This document shows, piece after piece, positions 59,530 to 64,000 of a DNA stretch of 64,000 nucleotides. The position numbers and the translations under genes were made by a program. The DNA lies in contig JAYWII010000121.1 of the NCBI GenBank assembly GCA_043788995.1, positions 15,361 to 79,360 of the forward strand, read 5' to 3'. Each line of letters opens with the position of its first letter. The first letter of the stretch is position 1. The notes under the pieces were generated by a model. The model did no database searches. It worked only from the letters and a program-made list of their open reading frames with translations, and was not told the origin of the DNA. The DNA is from Chitinophagaceae bacterium (GTDB taxonomy: Bacteria; Bacteroidota; Bacteroidia; Chitinophagales; Chitinophagaceae).

Positions 59530-59552
59530 TTTGTTTACAAATATTAAACAAA
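59530..59552. promoter_or_regulatory. Candidate XRE operator (8-7-8 inverted repeat)
   Basis: TTTGTTTA-CAAATAT-TAAACAAA. Confidence 0.45.
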
Positions 59553-59583
59553 AGATTAAGAAATTATTAAAGCCATTTTGAAA

Positions 59584-60162
59584 TCATGCTTTCTCTTTGA
59601 ATATATAGATTACCAGTATTAAGGCATCCTCTTCTCCTGTATTATAAGGGTTATGCAATTCTGTTCCATCAAAAAAAAGTGAGTCGCCTTCTTCCATCTC
59701 ATAAGTCTCTTCTCCGATCTTATATTTTATTTTTCCCTTTAACAGGTATTTAAATTCGAAGGCATCTGTACTTACAAAATCTCTTTCCGAATCTCTTTCT
59801 AATCGAAGTAATACAAAGTCTGCATGGTATTCATGTATGGTGGTGGAAAGCAGGCGCTGGTAATAAAATCCTTTGGCATTTTCTTTTTCAAAAGGCTGGT
59901 ATTGTTCTTTCTTTTTAAAGATCACTTTACTGTCCTTGGGCTGAAGATTGATATCCTTAAAAAACTCATTAAAATCTACCTGCAGGGCTTTAATTAAATT
60001 CAGCAAAACTGTTAAAGAAGGAATGGTACGGCTGTTTTCTACCTGGCTCAGCATGCCTTTTGTTACACCGGCTTCTTCTGCCAGTTGCTGCAGGGTGATG
60101 TCTTTTTCTTTACGGATATCTTTCAGTCGTTTGCTTATCTGTATAATAATATCTTCCTGCAT
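59584..60162 (-). CDS. XRE-family HTH plus cupin transcriptional regulator
   Basis: TLQQLAEEAGVTKGMLSQVEN..TIPSL; cupin EFKYLLKG...GDSLFFDG..H. Confidence 0.92.
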   Translation of the reverse strand: MQEDIIIQISKRLKDIRKEKDITLQQLAEEAGVTKGMLSQVENSRTIPSLTVLLNLIKALQVDFNEFFKDINLQPKDSKVIFKKKEQYQPFEKENAKGFYYQRLLSTTIHEYHADFVLLRLERDSERDFVSTDAFEFKYLLKGKIKYKIGEETYEMEEGDSLFFDGTELHNPYNTGEEDALILVIYIFKEKA

Positions 60163-60209
60163 ATTCTATTGGATTTTATTTTTATGATGATGCCAATCTT
60201 TTATTTAAA

Positions 60210-60614
60210 TCATTCCTTTATTTGAAGTAATAGTTTTTTTGCTTCCCGGGATAATTGAGAAGCATTGCTTATCCCTTTGAATGAAAAAGTAAACTGGCTG
60301 CAGTCATCACTATTCATCCTGAAATAAATATCCTGTATCACCATATCGGTTTTAAAAAAATGAATTGATCCATCATAGCCGCAGTTAATTTTTTCTTTGG
60401 TAATATCATCTGCAATAAAACTGCTCAACTGGTTCAGTGTATTTTTATCTTTTATCATCTTAACCAGTACCACCGTATCCATACTGCCATCGCCTTTAAA
60501 ATAATTAATAGCAACACTGTCGGCAAGAACCAACCGTTCTTTCAGTTCTTTATTATTGTGCTTACAGGAAAAAAATAAAGCCGTTGCAAAAATGATTATC
60601 AGTGTTGTTCTCAT
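60210..60614 (-). CDS. Small hypothetical lipoprotein
   Basis: ATG at 60614 gives the signal MRTTLIIIFATALFFSC. Confidence 0.7.
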   Translation of the reverse strand: MRTTLIIIFATALFFSCKHNNKELKERLVLADSVAINYFKGDGSMDTVVLVKMIKDKNTLNQLSSFIADDITKEKINCGYDGSIHFFKTDMVIQDIYFRMNSDDCSQFTFSFKGISNASQLSREAKKLLLQIKE

Positions 60615-60640
60615 ATGATAAAGATAAAAGTAAAGGGCAT

Positions 60641-60752
60641 AAAAAAACCACCCAATATGATTAAAAGGTGGTACAAGCATGAGATTTACTAATTGCTTAA
60701 GGAACTTGTTTGTATTGCTATAACTTAACCGATTGCCTTGTTTTACTTGATG
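60641..60752 (-). ncRNA. Candidate ~110-nt small RNA or regulatory leader
   Basis: Lies between a -7-like box (GAAATTGCA from 60762) with an upstream 11-bp-period array and an ACCACC/GGTGGT+T6 terminator at 60672-60641. Confidence 0.4.
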
Positions 60753-60755
60753 CTG

Positions 60756-60810
60756 CAATTTCAAATTGTTTTGTTACTGAAACATTAATTACAGATTAAG
60801 GTTATGTTAT
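60756..60810 (-). promoter_or_regulatory. Candidate Pho-box-like array plus -7-like box
   Basis: ATAACA, TTAATC, TTAATG, GTAACA at exact 11-bp period, 9-nt gap, GAAATTG. Confidence 0.55.
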
Positions 60811-60863
60811 CAAGAGCTGGTGATCACAGATAATGTTACTGAAAAAAGTATTTCGGCATCAAT

Positions 60864-60891
60864 AAAAAAAGCAGCCCTGAAGGCTGCTTTT
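60864..60891 (-). terminator. Intrinsic terminator of the TBDR-lipoprotein operon
   Basis: AAAAGCAGCC/GGCTGCTTTT stem plus T-run. Confidence 0.85.
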
Positions 60892-60917
60892 AAAATATAA
60901 AAATTTGTAAGTATTAC

Positions 60918-62324
60918 TTAAAATTTTGTCCATATTTTCCACCAGGTATCGCCTACTGCACATGCACCTTTGTAAGTAACCGGAGTAAATCCTGTTGCAA
61001 GTTTTGGATGTGTGAAAGCACCACCTGTTACTGCTACCGAAGCTGCAGTTGGATTAAAGTCAGGGGCTGTATAATTAAATGGAGCTGTTAGACCCACTTC
61101 AGTGTTATTGGTAAGGATACTGTTACCATAATCTGCAGTATTGAACCATTCTGTAATAGTAGCAGTGGTATTTGCCGTAAGCGGAGCGTTTGTATTAGAA
61201 CCTAAGCTGTACAACACCGGCGTAGCACTGCCTGCGATAATATTGTTTTGTACAAACAGGGAACCAGGGATATTATTATCAGTTGGAACACCTTTGGTAG
61301 CATCAATATATAAACCATTTGGATAACCCATGATGATGGAATTAAAAAGAGACAGGCTTGAATTTCTCCTGATCTGTGCACCCCATACAAATAAATTATT
61401 TCCTCTATTAGCCAATGTTTCTCTCGGTCCCATTACGGTCATGTTAGAAAAGATTGCTGCAGTTTGCGGCAATAAAGCACTACCGTTTGCATCATTATCA
61501 CTTTCAAATGCTTCACTTTTAGAAATATCAGCAACAGATGAATCTCTTAAAGAAATACCAAACTGTACTTTACCAACAAAACCATTATCTGTATCAAAAT
61601 CATCATCCAAAGTTCGGAAAGAGATAAGGTGGGTACAATTTACAGTACCGCCAAACCATTCAAAAGAATCATCATTGGCGTAAGATACCTGCACATAATC
61701 GACAATTGTTTTGTTACCCACACCACCAAATGTTAAACCATTAATTTCTTTATCTGGTAAAAAAGCAAAGCCTGCATATTCAATACGAACATACCTTAAG
61801 ATACCACTGTTATCAGCAGGATTTTGTGCCTGTGTTGCAGGTGTACCATATAAACCCAATCCATCACTGTTGTTGATACCGCCTTCAATTTCCCCTATAC
61901 CCTGTACTCCATTAAAAGATGAATTAGCAGGAGCATTACCTAATACTACCAAACCAGCCCAATCACCACGCTGAGGGGTAGCCGCTTCTGATGTAAATAC
62001 AATTGGTTTTTCGGCAGTAGCATCAGCAATAATTTTACAGCTTCTTGTAATAATCAGTCCGCCATTTTTACCAGCTTCACCTACTATTTTAGTGCCTGGT
62101 TCTATCGTAAGAATGGCACCATTAGTTACATAAACCAATCCACGTAATTTATAAACATAATCTGCCTTCAGGGTCCTGTTAGCTGTTATACGTCCTTCCA
62201 GGATCGTGTTTTCTGTTTCACCTGTTGGTGGAGTTGTTGTACTGCCATTATCATCCACCACAATTTTGCGGCAACTGGTAAACAGGGCAGCGAATAATAC
62301 ACCGTAAATAAATAACTTTTTCAT
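60918..62324 (-). CDS. Surface lipoprotein with probable right-handed beta-helix
   Basis: Lipobox LFTSC; SGILRYVRIEYAG, NGLTFGGVG, DDSFEWFGG, DDDFDTDNG. Confidence 0.75.
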   Translation of the reverse strand: MKKLFIYGVLFAALFTSCRKIVVDDNGSTTTPPTGETENTILEGRITANRTLKADYVYKLRGLVYVTNGAILTIEPGTKIVGEAGKNGGLIITRSCKIIADATAEKPIVFTSEAATPQRGDWAGLVVLGNAPANSSFNGVQGIGEIEGGINNSDGLGLYGTPATQAQNPADNSGILRYVRIEYAGFAFLPDKEINGLTFGGVGNKTIVDYVQVSYANDDSFEWFGGTVNCTHLISFRTLDDDFDTDNGFVGKVQFGISLRDSSVADISKSEAFESDNDANGSALLPQTAAIFSNMTVMGPRETLANRGNNLFVWGAQIRRNSSLSLFNSIIMGYPNGLYIDATKGVPTDNNIPGSLFVQNNIIAGSATPVLYSLGSNTNAPLTANTTATITEWFNTADYGNSILTNNTEVGLTAPFNYTAPDFNPTAASVAVTGGAFTHPKLATGFTPVTYKGACAVGDTWWKIWTKF

Positions 62325-62366
62325 GCTTGTATTTTTTGTTGTTTGTTGTTTTTAATTGAATTATTA

Positions 62367-64000
62367 TTAAAAATTATAACCGAATGTTAAGCTAACGTTG
62401 GTACCATACTTTCTTTTAATTGCGAACGCATCTGCACCTTCATTATATTTTTTATTACCGTCTAGGTCGTTATAAAAAATAGCCTGTTTATTAAAAATAT
62501 CTGCCACATTTAATCTCAATTCTCCCTTTGATTTTAATATTTTTTTACCTACCTGGAAATCCAGTACCGGTCTTGGGTTTTCCCAGATGGGGGGCTGGTC
62601 TGATCCACCCACATAAGCAATCCTTCTTCCGATCTGGTTAAAAAGTAATGTGGTGCTTAAGCCATATTTTTCTACATCATACTGTAAAGAAGCATTTACC
62701 AGGTAAGGGCTCTGCCCCTGCATGGGTCTTTCCTCACCTCCACCACCAACTCCAGTTACCCGATTGTATATGTAAGAAAAATTACCCTGTAAAGTGAAAT
62801 TTTTTAATGCTTCATTGAAATCCAGTTTCTTTCTAAATTCCAGTTCTGCCCCAAAGCTGTTAGCTTCTTTTGCATTGAGAAAATTGTAGCTGCTACTGGC
62901 TGCACCAGCTTGGTTGTTAAAATATAATTCGATAGGGTTTTCAAAATATTTATAAAAAATACCCAAAGTAAAAAGCTCTCCTGCCCGTGGGTATAGCTCA
63001 TACCTAAGATCAAAGTTGGAAACTTTTGTTCTTAACAATCCTGTGTTCCCTGCTACGGTAGCGCCTAAGTCAAAATCATAAAACTGGAAAGTGCTTAATT
63101 CCCTAAACTCTGGCCGGATCACCGTTTGCGAACCAGATACCCTTACATTGGTGGTACTGTTTACTTTATAGGTAAGGTTTACACCAGGCAGGTAATCCGT
63201 TTTTTTGCTGTTTACAAAACGGGCATCACTTTTTCTAACACTTCCAATCAATTGATCAAAATCTTCTACTCTCAACCCCCACACCATTCTTAATTTATTT
63301 CCAATCTGGTTATCGAATTGTAAAAATCCTGCGTTCAAAATGGAATTGGCCAGGTAGCGGTAGGTATCTCCCGGTAATTCATTTAAAGCGAATTTATTAT
63401 CTGTTCCGTTGCCAAAATTTTGCGAAGCAAATATTTGATCAGCAGGCAACTCTCTTAAAGTTTTATTGTTAGCAGGCAGCCAGAAAGCAAAAGGCCTTGA
63501 ATCAAACAACCTGTCTTTTACTTGGAAAAAATATCCTCCTTTAATGGTTTGCGACTGATCATTTATTTTAAATGTTTTACTCAGATCGCCACCGGCTGTG
63601 TAGATGTAGTCATTTAAATATCCAAAATAGCGGCTGCCACTTTTTTGTGAAAGACCAGACTGACCAATGGTGGCTAAATAGGGTGACCCCGGCAATGTTA
63701 CATCCTGTGTATACTGCAACCTGCGCTGGTCAGGTATGTATTGATCCAGGATATTGAAGCTGCCAAACCAGTGAAACTTTGCACCAAGCTTTGTAAGATT
63801 ATGATCGCCGGAAAGCTGTGTATTAAAAAAAGTATTGGCCTTAAAAGCTAACTCTGTTGCCCTTATATTATCTCCTGATTCAGAAATGGAGTTGTCAAAT
63901 TCTTTACCAGTTCTTAAAGTGGCGTAATCAGTAGTATTAATGTTGAGCAAATTTTTGAAGGAAATTTTACTGTTGTTTCCTATCTGCAAAGTGATATTGG
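62367..64000 (-). CDS. TonB-dependent receptor (5'-truncated by window edge)
   Basis: Frame open to the edge; RPEFREL, NFDLRYELYP, GAELEFRK, QGQSPY; C-terminal YNF. Confidence 0.9.
   Translation of the reverse strand, partial: NITLQIGNNSKISFKNLLNINTTDYATLRTGKEFDNSISESGDNIRATELAFKANTFFNTQLSGDHNLTKLGAKFHWFGSFNILDQYIPDQRRLQYTQDVTLPGSPYLATIGQSGLSQKSGSRYFGYLNDYIYTAGGDLSKTFKINDQSQTIKGGYFFQVKDRLFDSRPFAFWLPANNKTLRELPADQIFASQNFGNGTDNKFALNELPGDTYRYLANSILNAGFLQFDNQIGNKLRMVWGLRVEDFDQLIGSVRKSDARFVNSKKTDYLPGVNLTYKVNSTTNVRVSGSQTVIRPEFRELSTFQFYDFDLGATVAGNTGLLRTKVSNFDLRYELYPRAGELFTLGIFYKYFENPIELYFNNQAGAASSSYNFLNAKEANSFGAELEFRKKLDFNEALKNFTLQGNFSYIYNRVTGVGGGGEERPMQGQSPYLVNASLQYDVEKYGLSTTLLFNQIGRRIAYVGGSDQPPIWENPRPVLDFQVGKKILKSKGELRLNVADIFNKQAIFYNDLDGNKKYNEGADAFAIKRKYGTNVSLTFGYNF

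Noticed and set aside
60615-60764. 50-aa N-terminal extension of the 60210 ORF given in the track
   Set aside because: It spans a promoter and terminator and would bury the lipoprotein signal; ATG at 60614 fits better.

Overview
This is an AT-rich chromosomal window from a Bacteroidota bacterium. SusC/SusD pairs, TAnnTTTG -7 promoter boxes and an atpB with a signal-peptide extension support the phylum; Chitinophagaceae is my inference. It holds about 50 CDS and I saw no rRNA, tRNA, CRISPR array or transposase. (1) 1-23.7 kb is a LacI-controlled PUL-like locus: SusC/SusD, three ~1100-1190 aa FG-GAP/ASPIC-UnbV lipoproteins, two vanadium-haloperoxidase-like PAP2 lipoproteins and a GH65. (2) 23.9-45 kb is mostly housekeeping: DUF47-pit, galE, transketolase C-half, an ECF sigma trio, scpA, 2x DUF3078, mscL, EamA, atpBEFHA without atpG, and an ABC exporter. 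It also carries a REP-like repeat family, an integron-cassette-like gene inside a REP doublet, and a nucleotidyltransferase two-gene module. (3) 45-64 kb looks like a phosphorus-starvation island: a PhoB/PhoR-like pair, a PlcP-like phosphoesterase plus glycosyltransferase, a SusC/SusD pair in one operon with an aminophosphonate catabolic cluster, a candidate ~110-nt sRNA, and a TonB receptor plus beta-helix lipoprotein. Three promoters in that island share a 'TTAACA-like hexamer every 11 bp, 9-nt gap, -7 box' layout that looks like a Pho box. All family assignments come from motif recognition and memory, not from database searches.
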